Assembly: GCA_964016885.1 (NCBI GenBank)
Contig: OZ024748.1
Span: forward strand, 55,366,001-55,430,000
Direction: 5' to 3'
Origin: Eledone cirrhosa
Taxonomy: Eukaryota
DNA: 64,000 nucleotides
Part shown: positions 1-18,692 of the stretch, in pieces
Layout: every line of letters starts with the position of its first letter
How positions within the stretch are numbered: position 1 is the stretch's first letter
Translations under genes and position numbers: made by a program
Notes under the pieces: generated by a model
Database searches by the model: none
Seen by the model: only the letters and a program-made list of their open reading frames with translations
What the model was told of the DNA's origin: nothing

Positions 1-495
1 TATCTGTATTTAGAAAATGTCTCGTACATAACGTGAACATGCTCTAAAATATCTTGTAATACATTGCCTTTCTATACATTGTAATTGTCATTGTAAACAA
101 GCCTTTAAGCCTTCCCATGATTCCACGACAGGCAACAATGTGAGAGGGATAATTGTTCAACAGAATACTACTGATATTGGATAACTTAAGACATTATATC
201 TCTAGCATCATACGCGTAACGTTGATCACCAGAATCTTTATCAAATGTAAAAATAGTCCTATATTCAAAGCAGGAACATCAACTACAGGACCGTGGATCA
301 TTTGGTTCCGGGCCACGGACCATTATGTAATATGAATGTTATTATTTATTGTTTTGTTAGGCAAGTGACCGACACTGACCCCTCTCAATCCATGGAGAAA
401 TTGTCTTGTATGACATATGTGTAGACGTCTCCCAACTGGTTAGAAATATTAAGCCCCCCCCCCCATATATATGCTTGTATGTATGTGTCTATAAT

Positions 496-548
<53 letters not shown>

Positions 549-550
549 GT

Positions 551-660
551 ATGTAAAAGGTAAACAGAAATAACAACACAATCGGTACAGTATATGGAAG
601 GGATATATTAGGTTAACGCTTGATATAGCAGGAAGAGGGTCTTAACATTTCGGACGCTCG
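551..660 (-). mobile_element. PLE-type 3' end, family G, truncated within the hammerhead stem II
   Basis: Near-identical to 36875-36983 (ATGTAAAAGGTAAACAGAAATAACAACACAATCGGTACAG...AACATTTCGGACGCT). Abuts (TA)n. Minus strand keeps only GTCC-GAAA-TGT-TA-AGA. Confidence 0.6.
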
Positions 661-1772
661 ATTTTCTGACTAAGCATGCACTCTTGCCCTATTTTCTTTG
701 CTTGTACCATACAATCACAACTCACCCTATCACTTCATTACTACGATGTCTAACATCATGTATGTTTGGCATAATCTACGTCATGATTATTGAATTTCCC
801 TAGCGCAGCATTTCAAATTGATTATAGAAAGGAAAGTAGACGCTCATCTGATCGAAACAAAGAAGCTATATTTACATTGGTATTACCATTCCCAATTATA
901 TTTACCGGTGGCAACTTGGCAGAATGAGCAACATGAAAGAAAAAAATCTTACCCATGTAGACAAGGTGCAGAAAGAAAACCTACAACGTCTGAACATGAG
1001 TCCAACAACGTAACCACTAAGCCAAACGTGTTCACAAGTTATAATTCTGCTGAATTCCGCCAGTGCAGCATTTAAAACGGATTAACACTCCCCATTTATT
1101 AGATTAATCGAAATTAATATTATTTTATTGTCTGCCATTCACTTCCCAGCAATTCATCTTCTTAAATATTTGCATTGATTTATTTTATTTTATATTTTCT
1201 TTCATTTTTCATCTCCTTCAAATTTCTATTTGATTTCCTCGAATTCATGGATTATGGCGATATCCTTTGAATATCAATTGTATAAATCCTCTCAACGGTA
1301 TTATATCCTATTACTATCGATTTTTATCAAAGTTCTCCATGGCGTTTGTCATCTGTTAGATTCATATCTTTAAAACGGGTTTAATGTTGTTAAATTCTGT
1401 TAATAATTGTTTCTCTAAACTGTTTCAATGTTGTTCTAATCTGTTAATGTCCTATTTCTTCCGATTCACTCTTTTATTTATTTATTTCTATTGGAAAATC
1501 TCTCCCTATGGTGTACGGTATCAGTTTGATATCACAAAACAAATTATTTCTATTTGATTTGGGATATCTTTATTCGAAACGTGATCAAAAGCTTAAATTA
1601 GTGTTTAGTATGAATCTTCATACACATATATATATACAAAAGTATATATATATATATATATATATATCAAATATATATATATATATATGTGTGTGTCGGT
1701 ATGTTGGAGTGTGTATATATAATTGTATGTTGGGGTGTATATATATATATATATATATATGATTGTATGTTG

Positions 1773-1834
<62 letters not shown>

Positions 1835-2478
1835 CAACATACAATCATATATATATGTGTGTGTGTATGCGTAGGCGTAGGCGTGTGTATGCATGCTAAG
1901 ATATATATACGTAAATATAAACATACCATGCATGAGTGGGTATATAAACACTATATCCACATACATATATACATATTACTTTCTCTCTATTACGAGTATT
2001 TTTTACAATTTAACATTTTTTTAAATGAACGATAAAACAGATCAAAGTGAAAACACGAAAAAACATATATTTATATGCATACGTATGCATCATTAGTTAT
2101 ATGTATGTATATATGAGTATCTGCAACAACAGTTTACTGGTGCTGGTATTGTCACATCTCGGTGACTCGAGTTCGATTGATTTTCTTTAGTCGATGACCA
2201 TCAACAATGCGATTGAGTACAGTGGGATTCATCAGGATGATGATTTTTTAGAGCCATCACATTCGATATTGTTTTTTTTATCTCGTCGATATATAAACGC
2301 CTATGATATGATTTCCTTTTCATGTGCGAGTGATTGTGGGCGAGGTGGCTGGTTCTGTGTGATGTATGTGTGTCTATATGTATGCATGCATATATGTATA
2401 TATGTGTGCATGTGTGTGTATGTATGTGTGTGTATGTATGTGTGTGCATCTATTTATGTATGTATGTTGTGTATGTTT

Positions 2479-2755
2479 GTAGCTAAGGTGCGTAAGTTAG
2501 TCGTTTGTCTCACGGACGTGAGTTCGGTTCCCGACTTGGACAGCGCATTGTTTCCTTGAACAATACACTTTTCTTTTTTTTTGTTGTTGTTCCAGTCCGC
2601 GCCACTGACACATATGGCGTGTACCTGTAATACAAAATCCCAGCCATGTCAGACATTTTATCACAAAGAATCTTCTCGAAAACTACGTGTGAGGAAAGCT
2701 TAGCAACTTACACGCTAATTTCATCAGCAGACAGTTGAATCAACTGGAAACAATG
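2479..2755 (+). mobile_element. Old tRNA-derived SINE (CORE/V-like core)
   Basis: Degenerate A/B boxes (GTAGCTAAGGTG...GAGTTCGGTTCCC) followed by TTTCCTTGAACAATACACTTT, similar to the copies at 24655 and 58718. Confidence 0.5.
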
Positions 2756-3158
2756 GCTGTAAAACTACAAATATGTATAAATCTCTAGATGTTTTAATGT
2801 ATGCATCTGTGTGTATATATGCATGTATGCACGTATGTATGTACGTGTGTATTTTCTTCTGGTTTTATAATTTCACATGTATGTACGTATGTATGTACGT
2901 GTGTATTTTCGTATGTGCGTATGTATGTATGTACGTACGTGTCCATGTATGTATATATCGAATAAAATGCTATATAGCGAACAAAATATCGAACAAAATG
3001 CTAAATCACCGAAACAAATGAATTAAGATTGTGCATGTATTGTAACAGTTCTGTTTTGTAGTAGCAAAGACTGGACAATAACCAACGCATTAGAGGGGAA
3101 ATAAAGACTGCATCCATTTACATTCGCCGTTTATCGTGTACACATTAAATAATTGATT

Positions 3159-3330
3159 CTACAAGGCCAGCAATTACCCAGTGTATTACTGGTACTTTAT
3201 TTTATCGACCCCGTAAGGGTGAAAGGCAAAGTTAACCTCGGCGGGATTTGAACTCAGAATGGCAAGGGCAGTAACTCTATGCGTCAAAGCATGGCGTCCG
3301 ACCCTCTACAGATACAGCCAATCCACCGCA
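3159..3330 (-). mobile_element. tRNA-derived SINE, main family
   Basis: Matches the ~190-bp consensus GGTGGATTGGCAGTATCGGTAGAG...GAGTTCAAATCCCGCCGAGGTTAACTTTGCCTTTCATCCTTACGGGGTCGATAAAATAAAGTACCAG...CCTTGTGCCAAAAGTAGAAACAATTAT, which recurs throughout the window. Confidence 0.85.
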
Positions 3331-3487
3331 CATATTAAATAATGAACGGCTTATTGTAAAGGCACAGAATTTCTTATAGAACAAATTACATCGAATGACT
3401 TTAAACAAATACTTTCCTGAGAAATGATCCGTTATTGTTCGATCTACTAGAAATTTAAATCTCTCCAATATAACATCCCTTGACCTA

Positions 3488-3526
<39 letters not shown>

Positions 3527-3879
3527 TCAAACATGCCAACATCTAAAAACCCAAACGATGAGTATAAATGATAAAATGTTCCCCAAAACGAGGAAACATA
3601 GGCAAAATGGGGAAATTGTACATAATGAAAGCTATACCCATTTTTACAAGAAAATACATCTCTCACCCACCCTAAAGTTGGTGGGAGATCTCCCTGTCAT
3701 ACGGGGAGTGTTGAAAGGTTTGTATTATATCAGTTGCGGGTAATATGCGACTAAGGAGCCACATTTGGCACTTTTGGCTTTATGAATAGTAATCCCAATT
3801 TCAAAATTGACTTGAATATTTTACAACTGTGACTCGCCTTAAGATGAACGACATCGTTTGCGTATGCCTGTGTTAGAAA

Positions 3880-4270
3880 ATTGTTTCTACTTTTGGCACA
3901 AGGCCAGAAATTATTCCAGTGTATTACTGGTGCTATATTTTATCGGCCCCGTAAGGATGAAAGGCAAACTTAACCTCGGCGGGATTTTAACTCAGATCAT
4001 TAAGGGCCGTAACACTTAGCTGTAAAGCATGGCGTCAGACCCTTTGTCGATAACGTGTTAGATAATGTGAACCAAATACAAAATAATTGTTTCTCCTTTT
4101 GGCACAAGCCCGGCAATTATCCCAGTATATTGCTGGTACTTTATTTTATCGACCACGTAAGGAGGAAAGGCCTATTTTACCTCGATGGGATTTGAACTCC
4201 AACCGAAAAGGGACGTAACTATGCTGGAAAGCATGGCGTTTGACCCTCTACCGATACTGCTAATCCACGC
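3880..4270 (-). mobile_element. Two adjacent main-family SINE copies (about 3880-4050 and 4085-4270)
   Basis: Both match the SINE consensus in reverse complement. Confidence 0.85.
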
Positions 4271-5074
4271 CACACCAACTACAAAATAATAACTGGATGA
4301 TTTCTGCTGTAATGCCCATTGATTACACATGCTTCATCAGAGCTGACCTGAGGCAAAAACAACACCAGAAACAATACGGATATTACGCCTGAATCCCGCT
4401 GCACATCTGCCTCAATCTGTCAGAATGTTTTAATACAACTCCCACACTCGATCTATTAAAATTACATTCACTTTTATCATCGAGCTTGGATTTGTTTATT
4501 TATTTTCTATTTTGTATTCATGTAGAACAATTTAATCAGCCAGCATCAGAACCAAATCCTTCTAGAAACTCCCTTCCAACCTACATATTTTCTCCTACTA
4601 ATCTATAATCATTTATTTTATACGTCAACGGGACTAATCTTTCTCAGTCATCACAGTCCCCAGTCCTGCTATACAGAATAGCAAACAGAAACTAAATAGG
4701 TCAAAGGCACGCCCATTGTTTCTCAGACTATATATATTAAAACTCAGATGAATCTCTCTGCCCACAGGGATGTAAAACATCTCATAACATATAATAATGA
4801 ATGGATACTTTTTTTATGAGCCAACAAGTGGGCCAATTTGCGGTCGCCTGTGCTTTTAGATATAACACCCAAATATGTTTTTTTTTATGGAAAATATAAA
4901 AAAACCAACATAATAAACTTGATCATTGCTGTATGGGAGATAATCGAACTTTAAAAAACTATACTATGTCTGATAAAAATATGAGTTTCTACTGTTTGGA
5001 TTGTATTCCTCAACAATACTTGTAAAGAATATAGCTACTTAATATACCGGCTTACATATGAGAAATAGTGATTA

Positions 5075-5300
5075 TGATTTCTAATTTAAACACAAGGACA
5101 ACGTGTTTGGGGGAGGGGAAAGTCCATTAAATCGACCCCTGTGCGTTACTGGTACATTTTTTAGCTTATTTTATCCGCTCTGTAAGGATGAAAGGAAAAG
5201 CTAACCTTTGCGGAATTTGAACTCAGAACATAAATGTGCGTAAGTCTATGCAGCAAAGCATGGTGTCCGACGCTCTACCGATTCTACGAATCCACCGCCC
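5075..5300 (-). mobile_element. SINE, longer-3' subfamily
   Basis: Consensus match plus an extra GGGAGGGGAAAGTCCATTAAATCGACCC segment, also seen near 25715-25745 and 49575-49600. Confidence 0.8.
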
Positions 5301-5688
5301 TTGGGAAGTAATAATACATGTAAAAATGTGCATGTAAGTAACATATTAATCAAATATAATCAAGAATACATTGAAATAAATATATAGATATGACAATATG
5401 GCCGAGGAATTCTGCTACAAAGCAGGTTACAGCAAGACTTAAATATATTTATGGCAAAAAGTAAGTAATTGAGCCTTTCCATGAGGCCAGTACACCATAC
5501 CTTATCACAGGTGTTTAATATCTAAAAACTGCAAGCGTGATATAGGCCCAATAGAATTAACAGCATTGAAAAAGATGATGTCGATAGAAGCACAGAATGT
5601 CGTTAAAATTAAAAAGTTTCGGTCTCATTAAACCTCGTAATCCAAATATATTTCTCACATTCAGCAAAACTTTGAAACGATCGATATG

Positions 5689-5732
<44 letters not shown>

Positions 5733-5738
<6 letters not shown>

Positions 5739-5781
5739 GGAATACTGTTAGCTTCTCGCTACAACAATTTCTATACTTTTC

Positions 5782-5786
<5 letters not shown>
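5733..5786. repeat. Single arm of family D palindrome between (TA)n tracts
   Basis: TATTATGGAATACTGTTAGCTTCTCGCTACAACAATTTCTATACTTTTCATTTA is a diverged copy of the right arm of the palindrome at 12241-12348. Confidence 0.7.
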
Positions 5787-5843
<57 letters not shown>

Positions 5844-5894
5844 ACGCACGCACACGCACACACACGCACATACACACACACAAACACTAATAAT

Positions 5895-6498
5895 CACTGT
5901 TTCTACTTTTGGCACAAGGCCAGCAATCACCCCAGTGCATAACTGATACATTATTTTATCGGCCCCGTAAGGATGAAAGGCAAAGTTAACCTTGGCGGGA
6001 TTTGAACTCAGAACGTATAGAGTCATAACTCTAAACTGCAAAGCATGGTGTCTGATGCTCTACCGTTTCTGCCAAATCGACCCCAGTGCGTGAGTTATAC
6101 TTTCTTTTATCGACCCCCATAAGGATGAAAAGCAAAGTTAACCTCGATGGATTTGAACTCACATAATAATAATAATAATAATAATATGACAGGCTTGCTA
6201 GTATTTATTTCTTTGCATTTTCCTGGAAATTTTCGTGAAAACATCATTTAAGACTAAAATAACTTGGAATACGCATAGATATAAAACTAAATGAGATCTT
6301 AATAATAATAATAATAATTGTTTCTATTTAGGCACAAGGCCAGCAATTACCCAGTGCATGACTGGTACTTTATTTTATCGACCCCGTAAGTATGAAAGGC
6401 AATGTCAACTTCGGCGGGATTTGAACTCAGATCGTAAAGAGACGTAACTATGCTGGAAAGCATGGCGTCCGACCCTCTACCGATACTGCCAATCCACC
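5895..6498 (-). mobile_element. SINE cluster (about 5895-6075, partial 6075-6162, and 6316-6498) with (AAT)n
   Basis: Consensus matches with (AAT)n flanks. Confidence 0.8.
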
Positions 6499-7231
6499 AA
6501 TAATAATAATAATAATAATTATAATAATTTCTGCGATAATAATACTGAAAACAATACTGATAATAATAATTTGTATGTATAAATATAAGTATATTTTTGT
6601 ATGTTCACATACGCATTCATTCATATGTAACTTCGCGCGTATTTGAGTATGTACATGTGTGTGTGCCTGTGTGTGTACGTGATTGTGTACGTGCGTGCAT
6701 GCGGGCGGGCGTGAGAGTGTATGTGGGTGTGACTGTGTCTTGATGCACGTGTGCCTGCAACTTAGGCAAAAGCTCTATCAACCAACCCCCTCGCCAGTCA
6801 TTGTTTTAGGACACGAGCTATCTAGCCTGTAGGGGAGAAAAAGGCTTAAGCTTTGATGCTTTTGTGGAAGGGAGGGTTTGTTATTCACGCTGGGAAATCA
6901 TGTATTCATGTATATATGTATTCATCTGTGTGGTGGTGTACGTGTGTGAGTGCGTGTGCGTTTGTGTGTGTGCATATATGTGTGCGTGTTTGTACAAGTA
7001 TATGCACATATACATAGAAGTGTCTCTCTCTCTCTCTCTGTATTATATATATATATTCCATATATGTATGTACATACGTCTACCAATAACACACACACAC
7101 ATATATATATACATATAAGTATAAGATATAAAGATATTTAAATTTTCCTATAATTTTATAAACGTGCTTACATCAGCATCTTTTATATACTTACGTACAA
7201 TTAACATATATATATACACACTTACATGCAT

Positions 7232-7280
<49 letters not shown>

Positions 7281-8129
7281 CTCACATGTTTGGACATATA
7301 CATATATATCTGTGTGTATACACATATACGTAGGTACAAACGTTCACATATCTATCTATCTATCTATCCATCTATTTTAAATTGTATTTGTGATAATATT
7401 TTACACGTTTTTATTGTATGTAAACTTCCCCCTTTGTATTTGTCCCCTTCTTTTGTGCCCCTGTGGCTAATAAAGAAACATATCTATCTATCTATCTATT
7501 TCTCTCTATATATAATCACGCATACGTCTATTTTCAAATGGTTTTAAAAGAGGATAAAACCAATCTTTGATGTTACTATCAACTTTGCCATTCATAGTAT
7601 CATAATTTTTGTTGATGTTGTGGCTATCATTATTATCGGTAAAGTTTAAAGGGTTTCTTGTGCTGTTTTGTCACGTAAATCGTTGCAATATAACATGACC
7701 CTCATTTCTCATTTCAATAGTCGTAGTTTGAATTACCGTTGAGAATAAGTTCTCGTATGTGTATTTTTCTCTTGTTTAGCTCCAACTCAAACGAACGGGC
7801 ATATGGTCAATACCTTGTTGGGACCTTCCCATATTTAGTGTATATCTGGTATTAATTAGCCTAAAGTTCTCTTTTATTGTTTTCTGGTGTGATGGAGTTT
7901 ATAAAAAAATATACACATTTCACTTTTATTTCTGGCGTCAATGTATTATAATTGAAACTTGCTCAAGATAACAACTACAATTTCTAAAAGACGGTTAAGA
8001 TTTGCAGGACATTGCTGGAGACGTAAGACATCTGATTAATTGGTTGTAAATTGCTGTTGTTTCTTTCTCACGGTCAAATGCAGTATAGATGTATATTCTA
8101 ATTGGGCAGTGAAGCACAACCTAAATGAG

Positions 8130-8675
8130 CATTGCAGATAGATATGGACTTAGATACTGATCGAAAAAGAACTTCAGAATTGATGACCTTGTCTTCCAAG
8201 GTGACGCCCTAGATTCTTCGAAGATATTACACATTCAAGGCATTAAACCCTTTGATTTTCAGCGATATGTCTTACATATTCCACTGATATACAACAGTGT
8301 TGAAAACGCAACCTTGGTACACCTTTACCTTGCTGTACAGTTTAGAATTTTTGTCCACGGAAGATCTATTGGTTAGTTTCTTTAGAAAAAACTTTGAATC
8401 ATTGATTCACACATTAATCCCAGCGATTAGAAACATGATTTTAGGCGCGACATAGCTCGGGTATTTGTAGGCGTACACCCCTTGATGTATGGACTAATAG
8501 AAAATCTGAGCATTCTGAGACATAAGGAGAGTTTTCTATATGCCAATGGTTGGTGGCAACTCTCTGCATGCATTGTAAAATTAAACTATGGTGAGTCTCA
8601 GGTCCGCATGCGTGTTTTTAACGGAAGCTTCATCATCTACAAATAGCATCTTTTGCAGTTGCTGCTTCCGTATCT
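8130..8675 (-). pseudogene. Decayed RTE-clade LINE reverse transcriptase C-terminal fragment
   Basis: Minus-strand peptides QKMLFVDDEA (LFADD-like), KVKVYQGCVFNTVVY and LRRI*GVTLEDKVINSEVL match the RTE consensus K.KVY.A.V..TLLY / LRRILG..W.DKV.N.EVL. Stops and frameshifts are present. Confidence 0.75.
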
Positions 8676-9051
8676 ACGGTAGGAAGAAGCCCATTAAGAT
8701 ACGGAGTTATAAAAATATATATATAGTAATCTCTTCATTTTCTTTCTTTCTGTCTCTTTCATTCAATCACTCTCTTTCCACCCCCTCTCTATCTCTCAAT
8801 ATCTATCCTCCTCTTTCTCTCTCTCTATATATATATGTTTATATATATGTAGTATTCTTCTTCTTTCTTCCGTTCTCTCTCTTACACTCTCTCTTAGTCT
8901 CTCTCTCTCTATATATATATAATGCGTGTGTATATGTATAAATATGTATATATGTGGGTGTGCGTGTATATATGTATATATAAGTGTAATATATTTATAT
9001 ATAAATATATATATATATGTGGGCGTGCGTGTATAAATGTATATATAAGTG

Positions 9052-9118
<67 letters not shown>

Positions 9119-9896
9119 ATGTGTAATACTATAACACATTTAAAAAAGCTGTAAAATTTACGGAAACTAAAAATATATAACTAGAAATAAGAAGCAAAGT
9201 GTAAAATATTTAATAACGCGAAAATAAACCTCAAAATATCTAAATTTATGAAAAAGAAATAAAAAGCTAAAGTAAAAAAAAAAAAATGCTAAAAATAAAT
9301 TAAATAAAATTTAAAAGTAAATAATGTTTTAAAAAAGAAGCTATATAAAACTATTGAAAAATGAAATATTTCTCTTCAAAGTGTCTGCGACACTAATAAT
9401 ATTCTGTTTCTAAAGAGAAAATTGAGTCAATGCATTTAAATGTGCACTTATGATTTCAACCATAGAGTGCAGCGTGCAGTGAATCTGTGACAAAATAAAT
9501 AAATTGTTAAATAAATAATAAAACAACAACAAAAAAAAAAACAATCAAATAAATACTATAGAAATTAAAAATTAAAAATAATAAAAATTAATAATAATAA
9601 TAATAATAAAATTGAAAACAACAATACTTCAACAAAATGAATAAATAAAAAAAAAATATATAAAAAAAAATAATAATAAAATATAAGAGGAACCGTTAGA
9701 AGCTTGTTGTAAACTTGTGGCATAAAACTGGTTATTAAAAACTTGAATACATTGAACATGTGGTGACAAATTGAGTAGCAAATATGATGATCGTGTGACT
9801 CAACTACTCCTCCCACATCTTCCTTATACATGCTTTCTTTCATCTCCATCTCTCTACCTAGCCGTTAGTTTTCATATAAAATTATATATATATGAA

Positions 9897-10080
9897 CGGT
9901 GGATTGGCAGTATCGGTAGAGGGTCGGACGCCATGCTTTGAAGCATAGAGTTACCTCCCTTTACGATCTGAGTTCAAATGCCGCCGAGGTTAACTTTGCC
10001 TTTAGTCCTTACAGAGTCGATAAAATAAAGTACCAGTAATACACTGGGATAATTGCTGGCCTTGTGCCAAAAGTAGAAAC

Positions 10081-10085
<5 letters not shown>
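9897..10085 (+). mobile_element. tRNA-derived SINE, main family, full length
   Basis: A box TGGCAGTATCGG, B box GAGTTCAAATGCC, core and tail all present. Confidence 0.85.
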
Positions 10086-10126
<41 letters not shown>

Positions 10127-10285
10127 ATATATATATATATATGTATATGTATATATATATATGTATAAATATGGACAACCACTCATACTTGCATACGTTT
10201 ATACACACCCCAACACCCATTTTATATATATATATATACACACACACACTCATAATCCCAGACATTCATACACACCCCAACATCC

Positions 10286-10316
<31 letters not shown>

Positions 10317-10796
10317 TATAGTCACGCACACTCAGACACACACACACATATATATACACACATACGCATATATAGCATTTCGTATCACTCTGTCTCTTCT
10401 TCAATCGAACAGTTTACTCATTAACTGCGGTCTCTCTCTCTCTCTCGCTCTCTAGATAGATAGATAGATAGATAGATAGACAGATAGAAAGAGACCGGGA
10501 AATGAAGAAGTATGAAAGAAAAAATATATATATAACGGCGATGAATTAGTTTTGCGAGGATTTTTATATGAAATCGTGTGTCGAAACAAATATTGTTACA
10601 CTTGGGGAGGGGCATATTTGTGTAATATTGCCAGAATTAATAACAGAACACACTCACTGTTTGGTTGGTTTTCGCTTTTCGCTTCTGTGTCTTTTATATC
10701 GGTAATCTAATGTATTCGGTCCTCAATGTTGCCATTGACTGACCAACGGTCAAAAATAATACAGATACAATATAGACACAAACACATATATATAGT

Positions 10797-10842
10797 TTAT
10801 CAAAGTTCTTTCGTTGCACATCTGCAACATCGTCAGTGGTGC
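10797..10842 (-). ncRNA. Hammerhead-like motif in the PLE 3' UTR/pLTR
   Basis: Minus strand reads CACCA-CTGACGA-T-GTTGCA-GATG-TGCAAC-GAAA-GAAC-TT-TG. The second copy near 20990-21025 has CTGATGG. Stem II is clear; stems I and III are weak. Confidence 0.5.
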
Positions 10843-11128
10843 TATTGTTTCCTCCCGTTACATTGTGTGTCTACGCCATCTTTATTTAGTCTGTTTATAT
10901 ATTTATTTATTTATTTATTTGTTTGTTTGTTTATTTTATTTTGTCTTCTTTGCGCATGCGTTTGCGTGTGTGTATAGTGTTTTGTTTGATGTGTGTTCGT
11001 GATTGGGTGACTGTGTATTGGTTAATGTATTCTATGTTTACTAGTGTGTGTTTATAAGTGTTTGTTGTTATTGTGCTTGTGTATGTATTTATTTATTTAT
11101 TTATTTATTTATCTATTTATTTATTTAT

Positions 11129-11996
11129 TTATACTTCTCTTAGGTCAGTGTTGTTTGTTTGGGTGTTGTTGTTATTCCATTCATTCTTTCTGTTTAATCT
11201 TGGCCTTCTAAGTTCTATTTCACTGGCCTCTCTGATTTGCCTATCTGCTGGGTCATTTCTATGTTTAGATATTATTCTAATTTCTATGTTGTCTATGTTA
11301 CCGTCGTGTTGTTGTCTGGCATGTTCGTATAGTACTGACCCGTATTTTCGTCCTTTTAGTTCCCCCCAGTGTTGGTCTATCCTTTCACCTATGCTACGAG
11401 CTGTCTCGCCTATGTATGTTGTTGTCATGTTTCTGCAAGTACCCTCTGTACATCTTATGCTATAGACGACGTTTCTAGTTTTACAGTTTATCCGGGGGTT
11501 TACCTTACATATGATACATTTCCTATTAGTACAGTGGGTTTTCTTAAAAGGGTAGGTTTTGCTGATCAGGGATTTTATGGTGGTTCCTGGCTTTTCTACC
11601 ACCTTAATCTTTAAGTGAGTCTTTCTCAGGGCCTTTCTACACTGGTTAGCTAATTTCCCTCCACGGGTAGCGTCCACAAACATGACACTCTGGTATCTCT
11701 GGTTGTCGTACCATGAGGTGGCTTTCCCTATCTTATGTCTAGCCCTATCTAAGCTATTCCATGATTTGCTCCTGTATAATGGGCAAATTCCTTTCATGTC
11801 CAGTTCTATGAGGGTCTTATACTTCTCCATGGCTCCTTCGTATACTCTGACTCTCTTTGGTTGTAGCCAGAGAACTGCATGCGGTTGATGAAGTGTTGGA
11901 TGTGTCTTTCCATTTCTGTTGGGTCGCACATGCGGGACACATTCTTCATCACTCGTACCAAGTCTGCGATCAGAATATTAAACTTAGCACTACTGG

Positions 11997-11997
<1 letters not shown>
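11129..11997 (-). pseudogene. PLE ORF remnant: RT thumb, Cys-rich linker and GIY-YIG endonuclease, frameshifted near 11850
   Basis: Frame 1 gives [18 protein letters not shown]...[10 protein letters not shown]. Frame 2 gives PLYRSKSW...VMFVDATRGGKL...CTNRKCIIC...NVVYSIRC...YIGETARSIGERIDQH...EHARQQH...EASEI...PRLN, which includes the GIY-YIG VVY/YIG, R, H, E and N motifs. Confidence 0.85.
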
Positions 11998-12034
<37 letters not shown>

Positions 12035-12077
12035 GTATATATATATATGTATATATATATATGTATATATATATATG

Positions 12078-12158
<81 letters not shown>

Positions 12159-12185
12159 GTATATATATGTATATATATATATATG

Positions 12186-12232
<47 letters not shown>

Positions 12233-12240
12233 ATATATAT

Positions 12241-12373
12241 AAATGAAAGGTATAGAAAACATTGTAGCAAAAAGACAACAGTATTCCATAATGTATATTA
12301 TGGAATACTGTTGGCTTTTTGCTACAATGTTTTCTATACCTTTCATTTATATATATATACACATATGTATATG

Positions 12374-12406
<33 letters not shown>

Positions 12407-12423
12407 GTATATATATATATGTA

Positions 12424-12468
<45 letters not shown>

Positions 12469-12586
12469 ATATATATATAAATGAAAGGTATAGAAAACAT
12501 TGTAGCAAAAAGACAACAGTATTCCATAATGTATATTATGGAATACTGTTGGCTTTTTGCTACAATGTTTTCTATACCTTTCATTT
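12241..12586. repeat. Family D: 108-bp near-perfect palindrome, two tandem copies (12241-12348 and 12479-12586)
   Basis: AAATGAAAGGTATAGAAAACATTGTAGC...CCATAATGT|ATATTATGG...GCTACAATGTTTTCTATACCTTTCATTT, with 2 mismatches between arms. Embedded in (TA)n with a 238-bp period. Confidence 0.9.
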
Positions 12587-12589
12587 ATA

Positions 12590-17953
<5,364 letters not shown>

Positions 17954-17955
<2 letters not shown>

Positions 17956-18124
17956 GAAGTGGTTACACAACAGTTAGTTCACCATACCGAGAACAATTGT
18001 TTCACCTTAACGGATCATCAGCTCGGAATGGGGATGGTTATAGGAACAGGAACGACACTGCTACCTAACTCGTTCCTTGGTCTGAGTGCTCTACCACTAC
18101 GGATATTACCTTCCAGTGTACCAC

Positions 18125-18130
<6 letters not shown>
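17954..18130 (-). mobile_element. ~175-bp hammerhead-bearing mini-element in (TA)n (family H)
   Basis: Unique island between two (TA)n tracts, with imperfect inverted termini (TAGAAGTGGTTACAC / GTGTACCACCACTA) and an internal HHR. Confidence 0.65.
17987..18026 (-). ncRNA. Minimal type-I hammerhead ribozyme
   Basis: CCGAG-CTGATGA-TCC-GTTAA-GGT-GAAA-CAATTG-TT-CTCGG: perfect 5-bp stem I, intact core, palindromic stem III (ACAATTGT), predicted GUU cleavage triplet. Confidence 0.8.
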
Positions 18131-18181
<51 letters not shown>

Positions 18182-18566
18182 CCCTCTCATTCTCAAACAA
18201 TCATGTAAAGAGATTAACAGACATAAAACTATATGCGAGACAAATTGACTAACAAACATGAGAAGTTGCGTGAATGTATCATTCCCTTGTCTCTTTCTAT
18301 CTTGAATCCACATAAATGTTTATCATCTAAATTCTCCCAACGCATTCTTTACTTCTGTCTCTCTCTGTATTCACACCCTTCACATTCTGTTTCTTTCATG
18401 CACTGTCTCTCTTTCGTACACACACACACACACACATAGACATACATACACACATACAAATCCATACACACAACTAGGCATCCACCCAGATATTCAAACA
18501 TATACATTTATAAACACATATGAAAGTACATATACATATTGAGGATATGAATCAATATATGCACGC

Positions 18567-18646
<80 letters not shown>

Positions 18647-18692
18647 TTATATATATATGTATGTATATAATATAGAAAAGGCTTATACAAGA

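Larger units (their letters stand above)
10534..11997 (-). mobile_element. 5'-truncated Penelope-like retroelement with C-terminal GIY-YIG
   Basis: Contains the RT-thumb/GIY-YIG ORF and ~600 bp of 3' UTR/pLTR. A second copy lies at 20736-21423. Both ends abut microsatellite. Confidence 0.85.

Noticed and set aside
1480-1610. Minus-strand AFDHVS resembling the RT KAFD motif
   Set aside because: It is an isolated motif among stop codons, with no other RT motifs in register.
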